64,000 nucleotides of DNA from a virus: positions 1 through 64,000 of IMG/VR virus record IMGVR_UViG_3300022602_000031. One strand, given 5' to 3'. Made by a program: the position numbers and the translations under genes. The notes beneath the pieces were generated by a model. That model was not told the origin of the DNA. It ran no database searches and saw only the letters and a program-made list of their open reading frames with translations. Positions 26,911 to 38,765 of this stretch are shown piece by piece (position 1 is the first letter of the stretch; each line of letters opens with the position of its first letter).

Positions 26911-29900
26911 GGGGTTGTTCCTGGTACTGGAGTAAATCCTCTGCTGGCTTTTAAGAAGTTGGCCTGTGGTGTTGCGCTATTAATTAAACCTCTTCCATTT
27001 GTTGCTGTAACTGGGCCTGGGGTGTACCAGGTACGTGTGCTGGTAATTGTCGAATTTGCTTTAACTGCGGCATAACCAGTGATGTCAACTTCTCCCAATA
27101 TTGAAGCACTACGTACAAAACTGTAGGCATTTATAGGTATTGGTTGATTTGGGCCCTGAATGTACAACGCACCGGGTGTGTTATCAAAAGCTTCAACGTC
27201 AAATCCAGTACCATCAAAAATTTCTGGTAAGTTAGTGATACTACCATTTGTAATTACAATTGGTATTATGGTTGAATTACTGATTGTATCCATTGCTCGC
27301 ATAGTTACACTGGTAATTGTGTTTCCAGCAAAAGCAAATGATACATTACCTGATGTTAAAATCTTTTCAAACTTACTGTGCCCTGTTGCTACGTTAGCAA
27401 TAATGTTGGCAAAGTTGCTGGCATAGACATTACCAGTTGTTAGATAGGTAACATTACCATTACTGATAAATGTTGCGTTGGCAAATACAGTATTTGGCGT
27501 CCAAGGTACTGTTGGGATCAGAATGTTACCAGTAGTCAAATAAGTACTGCCGTTATAGTAAACATATCTATTTGATTCGTAGTCTGCGTCAGTCCAAGGA
27601 TCAATAGTAACTTTTTGTGTTAAAATATCTCCAACGTTGGCACTAATTGGCGCTGTTAATTTTAAAGCAAACGTAATAGCACTTGAATCTGTTACTTTGT
27701 AGCTGGTATTTGATGTTAGTTTTGTTTGTATTTCAAATATACCCGGGATTGCCTGATCAACACTGGCATCAATAGCAAGACTACCGGCAGCATGAACAGT
27801 CTGTGGACTTGTGCCGTCTACTGCACGACGTAATTGTGTAATAGTATTAAAATTAGTAACACGGCTAGTATTTGCTTGAATGTTAGCCCAGTTTCCATAA
27901 ATGTCGTAGATATTACCAGTAGTCACGTAAGTGTTGCTGTTGTGGCTAACCAATTCACCCACTGAAATATTTAAATTAGCCTGCCAGGTAAATGGAGTTT
28001 CTAATGCGTAGTTTCTCCAGTAAACAATTTTTTCTCCGTTAACAAATATCACGCCTGGAATATTTAATTGTCTGTCAGGCAAAGGCAATTTGGTAGCATC
28101 ATTGACCTGTATAGCTGTATCTGTTAGTGCCAAAGATCTAGTTAATGTCACAGAATTGTTTGAAGCAATTCTGTAATAGTTAACTGATTGATTCATATTG
28201 TTAAAAATACGATATGATAATGCATCTTTGTCGTATACTGTTAGATTTAAACTATCATACATACGACCTGGAACTAATTCTTGAGGTGCGTGTGTGCTGA
28301 ATGTACTAATGTAAGCACCGCCGTCAATGTTAATATCGCCAGGATTTACTCCTACACTATCTGTAAACGCACTTTGTACAACAGCATCGTACTCTGTGCC
28401 AACATAGGTATTGCCATCGACTATAACCCCTGGATAGCTCATACCATCTGTTGTTGTAGTTAGATCAATATTTCCATTGAACGCAATAATACGGTCATTG
28501 GCGTTGTTAAAATCTCCAGCCTTAAGTGGTATTAAGTTTACAATTGGTAAAGCAAGACTGCTGGTTACACTATAAGCACGTTGTCCTGCCACTGACAAAT
28601 TAGCATTGGCCTGGATACTTGAAAATACAGGACCCTCGACATTACCAGTTACAGTATAGGTGTTGCCATTATAGTAAATTAATGTACCAACGTTGGCCGC
28701 TGTATTGGCCTGCCAATCGGTTACAGTTAATTTGTATAAATCTTCACCGTTTACAACAATAGTATTAGCCAAAATAACATTGTTAGCACTGACCTGATCC
28801 CAGAATACAAAAGTGTTGGCATTTGTATACGTGGTACGATCAAACTTTATAGTTGTTCCAATGCTACGAACTAGGTTATATGAATTAGCTGTAAATCCAG
28901 TATAGACGTTGCGTAAGATTGGGCTAGCAACTGCGCCAGTTCCTGACCCATTGATTGTGATATTTGGAGTAGTAGTTAAACCAGTACCAGGAGTTGTTAC
29001 AATAATTTCTCCGACACCACCTACACCATTTAATACAGCATAGGCATTGGCATTTGGGATTACTGGAGATTTTGGATCATCGGAATATCTTAGAACAATC
29101 TGTGGTGGGAAAATATAATTTTGTCCTGGGTTATCAACTGTAATTCCAACTAGGCTATAGCTGTGATTGTTGGCCCAAGATTGGTATTGGCCATTGTTGC
29201 TGAGTAATCCATCGTCATATGATTGTTCACCACTTGGACTGCGATACACACCAAGCGAGGCGTCCCAATATGCTGGCAAGTCAAAGTCTGTGACATCGCC
29301 TGAGTATTGATCGTTGCCTAGATAGTCAACAACAAACTCACGTAAAATTGTTCGGTAAGGCTTAACTTCGTTGATGTATTGCTGATAATAAGTTTGATTG
29401 TCCGCAATATAGCTAGGGAATTGTTCAAGTTTACGTAAGTACTGTGTAGCACTTAAGAAACTGGTTTTAAATACCCAATCAAGATTTTTTTGTTCTGTCA
29501 ACGCATATTTGATCATTGAGAAGAAAATTTGATTTCCGTCTGCTGATAAATCATCGATGAATATTTCGTCTTTTAACGCAATTAGAATTTGACGCAATTC
29601 AGGACCAGGAATAGAACCTGTACTAATCTGAATAGTTCCGTTTTCTATACCAACAAGAGTTTTATTCAAACTGCTGTCAACGTAGTAGATTTCAAATAGT
29701 CCATCGCCAGCATCATTTACCTTGACATAGGTGTTTGGTGTCAGTGTAATTTTACCTAGATCAAGCGTGGTAGCAACTGTTATATTTGGAGCCACAGTCG
29801 AATCGTAGCCAGTAGCATACCAGTTTATGTAGTGCCAGTAAATTCCTAGGCCGTTACTGTCTACTGCATTTGTTTTATATTTCTGTGTGCGGCCTAGAAC

Positions 29901-32900
29901 CCAGGTTGTGCCAGTCCAGGTATAGATTGCCCATTTACTATTTTGTGTAGTATCGCTTACAACTAATGCACTGTCGCCTGTTGATAATTGTGTGGTATCA
30001 ACATAAGTTAATTCTGTATTGTCAGCTACACTAACAACATATTGCCCCGAACTAGAATTAGGTGCGGCCTCGCTACTGTTTAATGTGGTTAGAACTTTAC
30101 GACGTGTAACCTGATATACTGCCAATTTGGTGTTGACAATATCAATATAATTTGCCAGTGCTGTAGTTCTGTTAACAAATACACTTTGGCGTGGGCGTAT
30201 ATTAATACCATATGCCTGTGCCGCAGTTAAGTTTGGATCAGGAACTACGTTGCCAGCTGAATCAATACCAGCTAGACTATCTGTAATTTTGTTCTGGATT
30301 GTGCGAGGTAATACGCTACTTGGATTGCCTTCTTGTACTAGTGCGTATTCGCTGTGTATCAATCCTGCGTCAACGGCACGGCTTGATAGATGCAGTACGC
30401 TGTTTGTTCCAACCAATCGATTGGTAACATTGTACAATGCTACTGCGTCGTTGCGTAGTACAGTAGAATACGCAACACCTTGGCTAAATGGATTTTCAAT
30501 AGCGGCCGCAATACTGTAAACGCTATTTTGTTTTCCAGCGGCTGTGTTAATTGTTGATTTGTTTAATACCCAGAAGTAATATTTTATTTTAACATTACCG
30601 GCCTGATCAACATAACCATATGTAGAGTAATAGCTATCGTCTGGATACAAAGGTGTGCCGTCGGTACTGGACATAGCATATTGACTTGGCAACATTGAAC
30701 TTTCTACCCACTCGTAGACTAAAATTTCACTGCCTGGAAAACGTTCACCCCAATGATTTAGTCTGTAGTCTAGAGTATCTTGCTCGTAGTCTATGTATCG
30801 TACAGCATCAAGGTTCCACCAAATTTTTCCAACCTGATCCGGTCCCCAGTGGTAATCTGTGCTAGTTCCTTGTCCGGCATTGTAGATAGCCGGATCTTCT
30901 ACACGTTGATAGTCGATGTCAGCGGCTACAGCATTTAGTACTTTGCCTTTTAACGGATCAACATAGTCAATAGTAGTTAAAATATTATTGTCTTTTTTAT
31001 TGTAGATAAACGTACGATTAATACTATTAATATCAACTTTAAGTTCTTGACAACGTGTTAGTGTCCAGCCAATGCTGGAATCTGGATTTGCGTACACGTG
31101 TACTTCTCCAGCATTGGCCAAAGAAGATACTGTTGTACCGGGTGCGCCAGCAACTACCAAAGTACGGGAAGCAAACACACCTGTGCCAAATTGGTCTCCG
31201 GCGTGTAGTTGACTGCTTAGTTCTTGTATATAAGTGTACTTGCCTAAATCGTTTGGAGTACCATAATCAAATACTGGCTCAAATGTATAAACGGTGCCGC
31301 TGTTGAGTATGAAATCAATAAACTTAGTGCTCTGTGCGTCAATGACTGTAGTGTTGTTGTCAAACGTAGTATCTTCTTCGCCAGTACTACCTGAACTACC
31401 AACTGCTAATACCTGCCCATCACTGCTGACACTCATACTAGTGCCAAGCGAGCCAATGGCTTCATTAGGATGAACAATGTTTGAATTAAACACGTATTGT
31501 CCACCAGTGTATACCCAACGTTCGACTAAGCCGTCGGCACTTTTGCTGATAGTACTGTAAGGTACACCAACAAATAAATTACCGCCGGTAGCATCTACAG
31601 CAAGGCTAGTACCAAATCCAGCATTAGAATTTTTGTATTGGCTAGTAATTGTTTGTGCGACTCCAAATGCTGTTCCATTGAATGAGTAGATATAGACATT
31701 ACCATTTTGTACGTATCCATTATTGTCAGTAGGTGCGCCAACAAATAATCGATCGCCACAGGCAGTTGTTGCGATACTAGCCACATTGGCTGTTACTTTT
31801 GCTCGCCAAGACCAATGGTTAGTCTGTAGGTTGCCTGCAAATGCGTGTACTGATCGTGTAGTAGGATCTGACACATATAATACATTACCTAGGCTATTAA
31901 AGGCGACCTGGCTACCAAAGGCAACATTTGCGTTTGGTGAGTGTAGTGTTTGTACGCTACTGATTCCGTTGCTGGTTGAGTAGATATGTACTGTGCTAGC
32001 ACCAGGGGCACCAACTGCTATCAAATTACCGGCTGTGGCAATACTGGTACCAAATTTTGAATCAGTGTTGGCTATTGTTCCAACAGCAGTATAACTGCCA
32101 GCAGAGTTAGCAAATATTTGTACAGAGTTTGATCCAGGAGCGCCAACATAAATTTTGTTTAGGTCTGGACTAGCCGCAACTGTTGATCCAAGTAAGGCAT
32201 TACTTGACGCAGAGTTAGCTGTTAATCTTTGTACGCTGTTTGCCGCCCAAGGACGGTTAAATGTATAAACACCCCATCCAATGTCGGTAGCATTATTAAC
32301 CCATACGTGCTCGTTGGCTATAAAGTCATTGATTGGACGTACACTTTCAACATCTTTAATACTGTCAATTACGTAAGATGTTAGTGTGTAGACCTGTCCA
32401 GAACCATAGGCAGGGCTTACGCTAATTAGATATCCCAACTTGGTTTTATCTTGTATCTGTATAGTAATGCTTAACTGATTTGGTATAGCAGTAACCTGGT
32501 ATATACCATCCCAGTGCGGATTAAAGTTTTTAACTATAACAAACTCACCAACACTAAATGAGTGCGGATTGTTGAAAGTAAGTCTTGCATAGTTGTCTAG
32601 AGAATATGTCAACTGTGTTGCTAATAAGTTTGTTTCGCTGACACGATATACGTTCCAGGCTTTATTAACATCCTTGGCTACCCAAATTTTATTGCCTGCT
32701 ACTAGATTAAACACCTGACCATAATTAATTACATCAAAGATAGTGCCGTCAATGTCGTTGACGTTTACGTATCCTGCGTAAGGCATATCGTTTATATAAA
32801 CAGAATTAAGTTCTCTGTTAGAGTATATGCTGGTACTTGTACTTTGAATGTTACTTGAGTTATAGACATTTGATGTTACAGTATTTCCTGTAACTGCTAA

Positions 32901-35900
32901 ATTAACAACTATATTAGTAGGATCATAGTTGTCGGTTAATAATAAGCTAACTGGGTTAGTAGTGAATACACTTTGATCTAAAACTACTTCGGTAAATTTA
33001 TTATTGTCAATGTCGCCATAAGTACCAGAACGGAATGCCCATTCTTCATAGATACTGATGTTACCGGTTACGTTGTTAAAACTAGCACGAGTCAAGGCGT
33101 CAATACTATTCTTAGTACCTTTTTGTCGGATGTAGCCTTGATAGAACTTGGTTTGATTAGAGATGTTTACACCCAGGTCTGTCAAATATGAACGCTCGCG
33201 GAATCCTAGTAATCCAGCACTGAACTTTTGTAACATCTCATCTTGTGGCGGATTATCAATATCATAAATCTGTTCAAACACTTTGGCATTAGTACCAAAA
33301 CTTGGCAACAGTCCAGTCTGAATATTGCTTGATTTAATTTGTGTCCAATTGCCTGCGCCGAATAACTGACTGGCTGGAATATCTACCGCGGCCAGGAAAT
33401 AATTATTGTTAAATTTAACAATGTCTCCTAGTTTATAGTCAACACCTTCACTCCAATTTGATATCACTGGATTACTATAAACATAACCCGGCGCAGTTAG
33501 TCCGCCGTTCCAGTTACCAGTAATGGATCCTTTAATACCCAAACGATATTGACGGTTACCTAACTTAGGAACATATATAATATCACCAAAGTCATCTACG
33601 TTGTCAAATATTAATACGTGTTCGAGTTGTACTAGATTAAATTTACCATAGGCAATATTACTTCCATCAACAGTCGAAACCACTGTTTGATTTAATGTTG
33701 GAGTTTTAGAAGCTCTAACAATGTTAAATCTGTTGCTCTTAATAGGTACAAAATTTTGATCAAGTAAACGGCTACCGCCTGGTAGATTTGTAATTTCATC
33801 TACTACAGAATACGTAGAATTTAAAGTGATAGTATCAACAACTGGATTCAATACAATAATTGATCCAGTTGGGAAACCTTGCTGTATCCAATAGGCAAAT
33901 TCTTGTGCGCTTAGTTTAAAATCTCTTTGTAATTGTAAATCTTGATCGTATTGGTCAAATACAAATCCAGCACTACGTAAATATCTTTCGTAGCTGATTA
34001 AAAAATCTACTACCTGTTGGCTAGTTGAAAATACAGTTCCGTAAGGAATATTAATTGATGTTGCCTGAGCATCTTTGTAAAAATTAAGAGTGCTGTCATT
34101 TACAGAAATTGTAGTTTTATTATTATTAGCAATACTTGGTGTAATAGTAAAAAACGGTGTAGTGGTATCATATCCTTTTACCATGTATCCAGTACTGGTT
34201 TTTTCAACCAACACCGCACTATAATTTACAGTGGTTGTAGTATTAGATTTGTTTAAGTAGACCTGATAGTTTTCATCTGGTATCAATACTGACGCATTTG
34301 TGCTACCGGGACTTGTTTGTTCTGCTGTTACACTAATTAATTTTTGATCAGTAAATCCAGCTGTTCTATAGGCCAATTGAACCGATAAGTTACTAAAATA
34401 GTCGTTGAGTTTAGTTACTGGATCAATACCCAAGTTCTTAATACTGTCGGCTATCCAATTGATATATCCGCTAGTACGCAATACGGTGCCAGATGTTGTG
34501 TCGCCATTAACTGCTAGTAAACTAGGATTAATTTTTTGATTATTAACGTTGCTTATATGCCCAGTCACTGGATTTACATAGAACCGGCTAATATCAAGTT
34601 GTGTGCCAAAGTATTCAGCTGGTTTGCTTAGAGCCAGTGCTACCTGTAGAGCATACGGGAAGTCACTGCTACGGCGCCAGGCCGTTTCAACTGGTCCTTG
34701 TTGTCCTACCGCATAGTCGCCGGCGGCGTCTCGAGTATTGTACTGTGTAGACAATGGAATATCTGTTGGTGGCAATAAATTACCATTGCGGTCCACTGGT
34801 ATAAATTTTGTTAGACCCGGACGAGCAAAACGTAGGTCTGTGTAATCATTGCCGTTGCCGCCGTTCCATACATAACCGGCTGCCAGGTCTTCCCACAATG
34901 TGGTATTGCCATTGGTATACGGCGCAGGACCATAATGTTCTTCCCACCAGGTTGGTTTTGAAGAAAGCCCTAACATTTCCCAAGGTGTCAAATCAGGAGT
35001 ATCTGTATCAAACCAATATTCGTATATTGCTCTCCAGCTACCCTGCAGTGGCGATCCATCGACTACATCAGAGAATCCTATTGCGTAGTTCCAGGTCCAA
35101 GGATTGTCTTGTTGATACCAACTGTTACTTGTATAATCTAAATTGTTATTGCCGACCCAACTCAAGAAATTCTGGCTTAATAATTTTGTTATACTTTCTA
35201 TAGTATATTCAGTTTTACGAAAACGACCAGGTATAATATCATAGAAGTCAATGATATTATTATTGTTGTCGGCTTTGATATTATTATAGATACGACGTTC
35301 AAGTTCTAGTAGATACTGGTCCCTGAAGTCACCAAACGCCGGGGTAATCGAGCCATCGTGGCCGCGAATAACCGACTGTGCAGTTTGATATGTGATGTCG
35401 GTATAAATTTCCGGTACGTACTTTGGAAATAATCCCAACTTAGTTGGTGTTTCAGGAATATAGTTACCGTCGGTAGTTGAGTAGTCACGTAAGGTAATTG
35501 TATCGTTGTTTTGTAGTGCAGTTAAAAATGTAATAGCTGGACTATTTAAACTAAACTCATAGTCTACCCCAACTGTTAATTGAGTGGTTACTCCAGCTCT
35601 AGTTAAATAAACTAGTATCGCACGATTACTTAATTCAGTATTGTTAAAAATTGTACTGATTTCATATTTGGTCTGACGAGAGTTTAATACGGTGTAGGTA
35701 ATTGTAGTATAGTTCTCGCCTTGTGGTACCATATCACTATAATACCAAGGATAGCTGTTATTTTTAATACTATTGATATTGGCTAAAATTGTGTCTACAC
35801 CAGACACTGGATCTTTATAATCAATGGTAGTTAATGTACCGCATAAACTTAAAAATTTATTTTTAAATTTAGTGTATTCTTTTCTTGCCAAATCAACTGC

Positions 35901-38765
35901 GTTGATAAAATTAACACTAGGGTCATTTAAGAACGCAGTAGCATATACTACTGGACTGCTTTGTTGTAATAATGTACCACCTTGTGCTTTAATGTAACTA
36001 TCATGCAGTGGTCGGTTTCCTGTTACTGTTGCCGCTGTGTTTTCTATTAATTTAGTATAGTGATTTCTAATTTGACCTAGAGTTACTGTATCAAAATTTT
36101 CGTTTAATGGATTGTAATTTAGGTTATCGGGAACTTCATAATATGCGATTGTGCTGGCATTATTACTATAGATTTTAATGTCTATTTTATCGTGGACTGC
36201 AGGAATACTAGTAAACAACAACACATCATACACACCATATTTGGTTATTTGATAATCTGTTGTAGCTGTCAACAGTTTGTTATTTAGGTAAACTTTTACA
36301 TAAGGAATAGTTGCTTGGTCGGCGGGTAATATATCAAGTTGTAAAAACGCATATTCAACATTGTTGATGGTTACTACGTGTCCGTCAAAGAAACGTGTAA
36401 ACACCTGATACTGATGTGTTGGTTCAACACCAACAATCCAGTTATTGAATTTTTCGCTTGACAATAAACCAGAATTCTTTTTAATATATCCGCTGTTACA
36501 GTCTTTGGCGCCACCGGTATAGGTAAATGAGTCTGTGTCATAGTAATTTTGGAATACAATATCGCCAATGTTGTTAAAGTTTTGATACTTTAAGGGAAAG
36601 CCTAATATGCTGTCATTGGTTCCTGTGGCAGTAGCGTAGCCAAAGAATTTTGTTCCAGCAAACGTGCTAGCAGGATACATTGTAGTGTCACCAAAGCTAT
36701 ATCCGTCAGCATCAACTAAATCAAATAGTGGTGCCTGATTAAAGGTTGTTTTTGCCTGGCATTCTAACCAACTTGCTGTCGCGCCAACGTAACTAAAAAT
36801 TTTATTTGCGTTGGCACCAGAGTTAACAAATATAGTTTCCCCGTCAAGTACAGGATCGTCCGCAGTTAGTACCAGTCGTATAAAGTTGCGACTATTAATA
36901 CTTTCAATGCTAACCGTATAGATATTGTTTGTTACGTTAATGTCGTAGTCATTGGAGAAAATAATACGTAGTCCTGGAGTTAATGTAACTCCATCTAAAG
37001 TATATGTAATTTGTCCTTCAATTTCAGCAAAGGCGTCAGTTGATGCTGTAATAAACAAATCAACTTTGGTTTTTGCCTGACGGCCAAATTGCCATAACTG
37101 AATGTCGGGCTCAAACTCAATGATAGGTCTACGGGCCTGTATTACTGGACCATAGTTGATAGTTGCCTGATTATTGTAACCAGCGGCGGCGGCTAAAACA
37201 TCTTTGTGGAACCAACGATTAGTAGCTGACCAACTGTTACCATCTTGGCTAGCACGATTGATAGTAATATAATCGCCTGTGCTAGAAACTAAACTACTTA
37301 GGCCCGGTGGAACTGTTAGTCCGGCAACAGGAACTAGAGTAATACTTTGTCCTACACCTTCTACATAATATTGTTTAAGAGCATAGGTGCTTGGAGTTAC
37401 AAGACTGTCAAATTGTATTAGTAGGCCATTGGTAAAAATAACACCGTTAGGACTGGTATAGCCAATTTGTCCAACGATATCATTGTCAACATCAATTGGT
37501 ACTGTAGAGTTGTCGACTATTTTGATTTCGCCGGTGAAATCACCAGTGTTAGCATCTTGATAGTAGAGATACTCTTTTACAGATGTGATAGGAGGAATAA
37601 CCTTGTACTGATAGGTGTTTTCTAACCAAAACGCAGTACTCGCATAAGTTTTGCCGCCTTTGACAAAGACCTTTTGTCTTGGTAGCACTGGACCGTATGG
37701 TTCAAGTTGTATTACAAAGTCGCCGGCCAAGGTTGGCACTAATATTAATTGCCAAATACCAGTACGTGTTGCTTGTGGCACAACGCCACCTGATGTTAGT
37801 GTAATCTGGCTGTTGGTAAATTCTGCTGGTAGATCGGGAGTAGTCCAATCATTGTCATCAATTAGATTGCCAACAAAAATAAAAGTTTTATTTTGTAGTA
37901 GATTGCTAACTCCATCGAGTCCGTCTGGGAACTCTACTAAGAAGTCACTGAGTAGTCTGTTTTGTATTTTTGTATAGCTGTAGGCAAAAGCAGTATCAAC
38001 CTGACCGGCCACTGGCATTAGAGTGTAAAAGTCTTGTGCTGTAGTCTGCGGAACACTAAATGTAATTGTTCCTTTGTCTGTGCCGTTGTTTTTAACTCCA
38101 AAAACATCTCGAGTAGTCAATGTTGGAACATTAGGATCTGTTCCTGTAATGCCAGGCTCACTTTGAATCCAAAATGGATTGCCTGGTTGGTCAACTATAA
38201 ATTTATAAGTGCCGCCGCGAGCCAGAGTAATTTGTGTATTAGGATGACCGCCAAGTGTACTAAATGTATATCCACCAACATCAGTATTGCGTGTTACTAT
38301 GTAGGTTGCTTCGTATGGTGTTGTGCCTGCTGTTACATTAACAGAGTCTGGACCATTGGGCATCCAATAGTAATCGCTGTAATTAATAAACTTATCGTAG
38401 TCAAAATGTCCGTCGTAGTTGTAATATTCTGATCCAAACAACTTTTGATGATCGGTAACTGATCCATTATTTGTTTGTACTGAGCGTAGTAAATCAATAT
38501 AGCCAGCATTAAAAACAATATTTTTATCAGAGTCCTTGATGACAACACTGGGCTCAAGTTGGTAATCTTGTCGTCCGCCTGACAATTCAGGAACATAGTT
38601 ATCGCCTAGTTTATATGTAGGAGCAAACTTGCGCCCAATGTAGCCACTGATAGGACGTTTTACTGGGTCTGCTATTAATTGATCAACTGTTGCGCCAAGG
38701 AAACGTTGGTTGGCAGAACTTCTGAATACTTCAGGTAAAAAATTAAGTGAACTAATTTGTGCCAT
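26907..38765 (-). CDS. Giant baseplate wedge protein (3952 aa) with FG-GAP beta-propeller and CBM-like repeats
   Basis: Uninterrupted ORF directly after gp6 (the gp7 position); seven [FL]G.S.A...VGAP-type repeats at about 31100-32200. Confidence 0.7.
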   Translation of the reverse strand: MAQISSLNFLPEVFRSSANQRFLGATVDQLIADPVKRPISGYIGRKFAPTYKLGDNYVPELSGGRQDYQLEPSVVIKDSDKNIVFNAGYIDLLRSVQTNNGSVTDHQKLFGSEYYNYDGHFDYDKFINYSDYYWMPNGPDSVNVTAGTTPYEATYIVTRNTDVGGYTFSTLGGHPNTQITLARGGTYKFIVDQPGNPFWIQSEPGITGTDPNVPTLTTRDVFGVKNNGTDKGTITFSVPQTTAQDFYTLMPVAGQVDTAFAYSYTKIQNRLLSDFLVEFPDGLDGVSNLLQNKTFIFVGNLIDDNDWTTPDLPAEFTNSQITLTSGGVVPQATRTGIWQLILVPTLAGDFVIQLEPYGPVLPRQKVFVKGGKTYASTAFWLENTYQYKVIPPITSVKEYLYYQDANTGDFTGEIKIVDNSTVPIDVDNDIVGQIGYTSPNGVIFTNGLLIQFDSLVTPSTYALKQYYVEGVGQSITLVPVAGLTVPPGLSSLVSSTGDYITINRASQDGNSWSATNRWFHKDVLAAAAGYNNQATINYGPVIQARRPIIEFEPDIQLWQFGRQAKTKVDLFITASTDAFAEIEGQITYTLDGVTLTPGLRIIFSNDYDINVTNNIYTVSIESINSRNFIRLVLTADDPVLDGETIFVNSGANANKIFSYVGATASWLECQAKTTFNQAPLFDLVDADGYSFGDTTMYPASTFAGTKFFGYATATGTNDSILGFPLKYQNFNNIGDIVFQNYYDTDSFTYTGGAKDCNSGYIKKNSGLLSSEKFNNWIVGVEPTHQYQVFTRFFDGHVVTINNVEYAFLQLDILPADQATIPYVKVYLNNKLLTATTDYQITKYGVYDVLLFTSIPAVHDKIDIKIYSNNASTIAYYEVPDNLNYNPLNENFDTVTLGQIRNHYTKLIENTAATVTGNRPLHDSYIKAQGGTLLQQSSPVVYATAFLNDPSVNFINAVDLARKEYTKFKNKFLSLCGTLTTIDYKDPVSGVDTILANINSIKNNSYPWYYSDMVPQGENYTTITYTVLNSRQTKYEISTIFNNTELSNRAILVYLTRAGVTTQLTVGVDYEFSLNSPAITFLTALQNNDTITLRDYSTTDGNYIPETPTKLGLFPKYVPEIYTDITYQTAQSVIRGHDGSITPAFGDFRDQYLLELERRIYNNIKADNNNNIIDFYDIIPGRFRKTEYTIESITKLLSQNFLSWVGNNNLDYTSNSWYQQDNPWTWNYAIGFSDVVDGSPLQGSWRAIYEYWFDTDTPDLTPWEMLGLSSKPTWWEEHYGPAPYTNGNTTLWEDLAAGYVWNGGNGNDYTDLRFARPGLTKFIPVDRNGNLLPPTDIPLSTQYNTRDAAGDYAVGQQGPVETAWRRSSDFPYALQVALALSKPAEYFGTQLDISRFYVNPVTGHISNVNNQKINPSLLAVNGDTTSGTVLRTSGYINWIADSIKNLGIDPVTKLNDYFSNLSVQLAYRTAGFTDQKLISVTAEQTSPGSTNASVLIPDENYQVYLNKSNTTTTVNYSAVLVEKTSTGYMVKGYDTTTPFFTITPSIANNNKTTISVNDSTLNFYKDAQATSINIPYGTVFSTSQQVVDFLISYERYLRSAGFVFDQYDQDLQLQRDFKLSAQEFAYWIQQGFPTGSIIVLNPVVDTITLNSTYSVVDEITNLPGGSRLLDQNFVPIKSNRFNIVRASKTPTLNQTVVSTVDGSNIAYGKFNLVQLEHVLIFDNVDDFGDIIYVPKLGNRQYRLGIKGSITGNWNGGLTAPGYVYSNPVISNWSEGVDYKLGDIVKFNNNYFLAAVDIPASQLFGAGNWTQIKSSNIQTGLLPSFGTNAKVFEQIYDIDNPPQDEMLQKFSAGLLGFRERSYLTDLGVNISNQTKFYQGYIRQKGTKNSIDALTRASFNNVTGNISIYEEWAFRSGTYGDIDNNKFTEVVLDQSVFTTNPVSLLLTDNYDPTNIVVNLAVTGNTVTSNVYNSSNIQSTSTSIYSNRELNSVYINDMPYAGYVNVNDIDGTIFDVINYGQVFNLVAGNKIWVAKDVNKAWNVYRVSETNLLATQLTYSLDNYARLTFNNPHSFSVGEFVIVKNFNPHWDGIYQVTAIPNQLSITIQIQDKTKLGYLISVSPAYGSGQVYTLTSYVIDSIKDVESVRPINDFIANEHVWVNNATDIGWGVYTFNRPWAANSVQRLTANSASSNALLGSTVAASPDLNKIYVGAPGSNSVQIFANSAGSYTAVGTIANTDSKFGTSIATAGNLIAVGAPGASTVHIYSTSNGISSVQTLHSPNANVAFGSQVAFNSLGNVLYVSDPTTRSVHAFAGNLQTNHWSWRAKVTANVASIATTACGDRLFVGAPTDNNGYVQNGNVYIYSFNGTAFGVAQTITSQYKNSNAGFGTSLAVDATGGNLFVGVPYSTISKSADGLVERWVYTGGQYVFNSNIVHPNEAIGSLGTSMSVSSDGQVLAVGSSGSTGEEDTTFDNNTTVIDAQSTKFIDFILNSGTVYTFEPVFDYGTPNDLGKYTYIQELSSQLHAGDQFGTGVFASRTLVVAGAPGTTVSSLANAGEVHVYANPDSSIGWTLTRCQELKVDINSINRTFIYNKKDNNILTTIDYVDPLKGKVLNAVAADIDYQRVEDPAIYNAGQGTSTDYHWGPDQVGKIWWNLDAVRYIDYEQDTLDYRLNHWGERFPGSEILVYEWVESSMLPSQYAMSSTDGTPLYPDDSYYSTYGYVDQAGNVKIKYYFWVLNKSTINTAAGKQNSVYSIAAAIENPFSQGVAYSTVLRNDAVALYNVTNRLVGTNSVLHLSSRAVDAGLIHSEYALVQEGNPSSVLPRTIQNKITDSLAGIDSAGNVVPDPNLTAAQAYGINIRPRQSVFVNRTTALANYIDIVNTKLAVYQVTRRKVLTTLNSSEAAPNSSSGQYVVSVADNTELTYVDTTQLSTGDSALVVSDTTQNSKWAIYTWTGTTWVLGRTQKYKTNAVDSNGLGIYWHYINWYATGYDSTVAPNITVATTLDLGKITLTPNTYVKVNDAGDGLFEIYYVDSSLNKTLVGIENGTIQISTGSIPGPELRQILIALKDEIFIDDLSADGNQIFFSMIKYALTEQKNLDWVFKTSFLSATQYLRKLEQFPSYIADNQTYYQQYINEVKPYRTILREFVVDYLGNDQYSGDVTDFDLPAYWDASLGVYRSPSGEQSYDDGLLSNNGQYQSWANNHSYSLVGITVDNPGQNYIFPPQIVLRYSDDPKSPVIPNANAYAVLNGVGGVGEIIVTTPGTGLTTTPNITINGSGTGAVASPILRNVYTGFTANSYNLVRSIGTTIKFDRTTYTNANTFVFWDQVSANNVILANTIVVNGEDLYKLTVTDWQANTAANVGTLIYYNGNTYTVTGNVEGPVFSSIQANANLSVAGQRAYSVTSSLALPIVNLIPLKAGDFNNANDRIIAFNGNIDLTTTTDGMSYPGVIVDGNTYVGTEYDAVVQSAFTDSVGVNPGDINIDGGAYISTFSTHAPQELVPGRMYDSLNLTVYDKDALSYRIFNNMNQSVNYYRIASNNSVTLTRSLALTDTAIQVNDATKLPLPDRQLNIPGVIFVNGEKIVYWRNYALETPFTWQANLNISVGELVSHNSNTYVTTGNIYDIYGNWANIQANTSRVTNFNTITQLRRAVDGTSPQTVHAAGSLAIDASVDQAIPGIFEIQTKLTSNTSYKVTDSSAITFALKLTAPISANVGDILTQKVTIDPWTDADYESNRYVYYNGSTYLTTGNILIPTVPWTPNTVFANATFISNGNVTYLTTGNVYASNFANIIANVATGHSKFEKILTSGNVSFAFAGNTITSVTMRAMDTISNSTIIPIVITNGSITNLPEIFDGTGFDVEAFDNTPGALYIQGPNQPIPINAYSFVRSASILGEVDITGYAAVKANSTITSTRTWYTPGPVTATNGRGLINSATPQANFLKASRGFTPVPGTTP

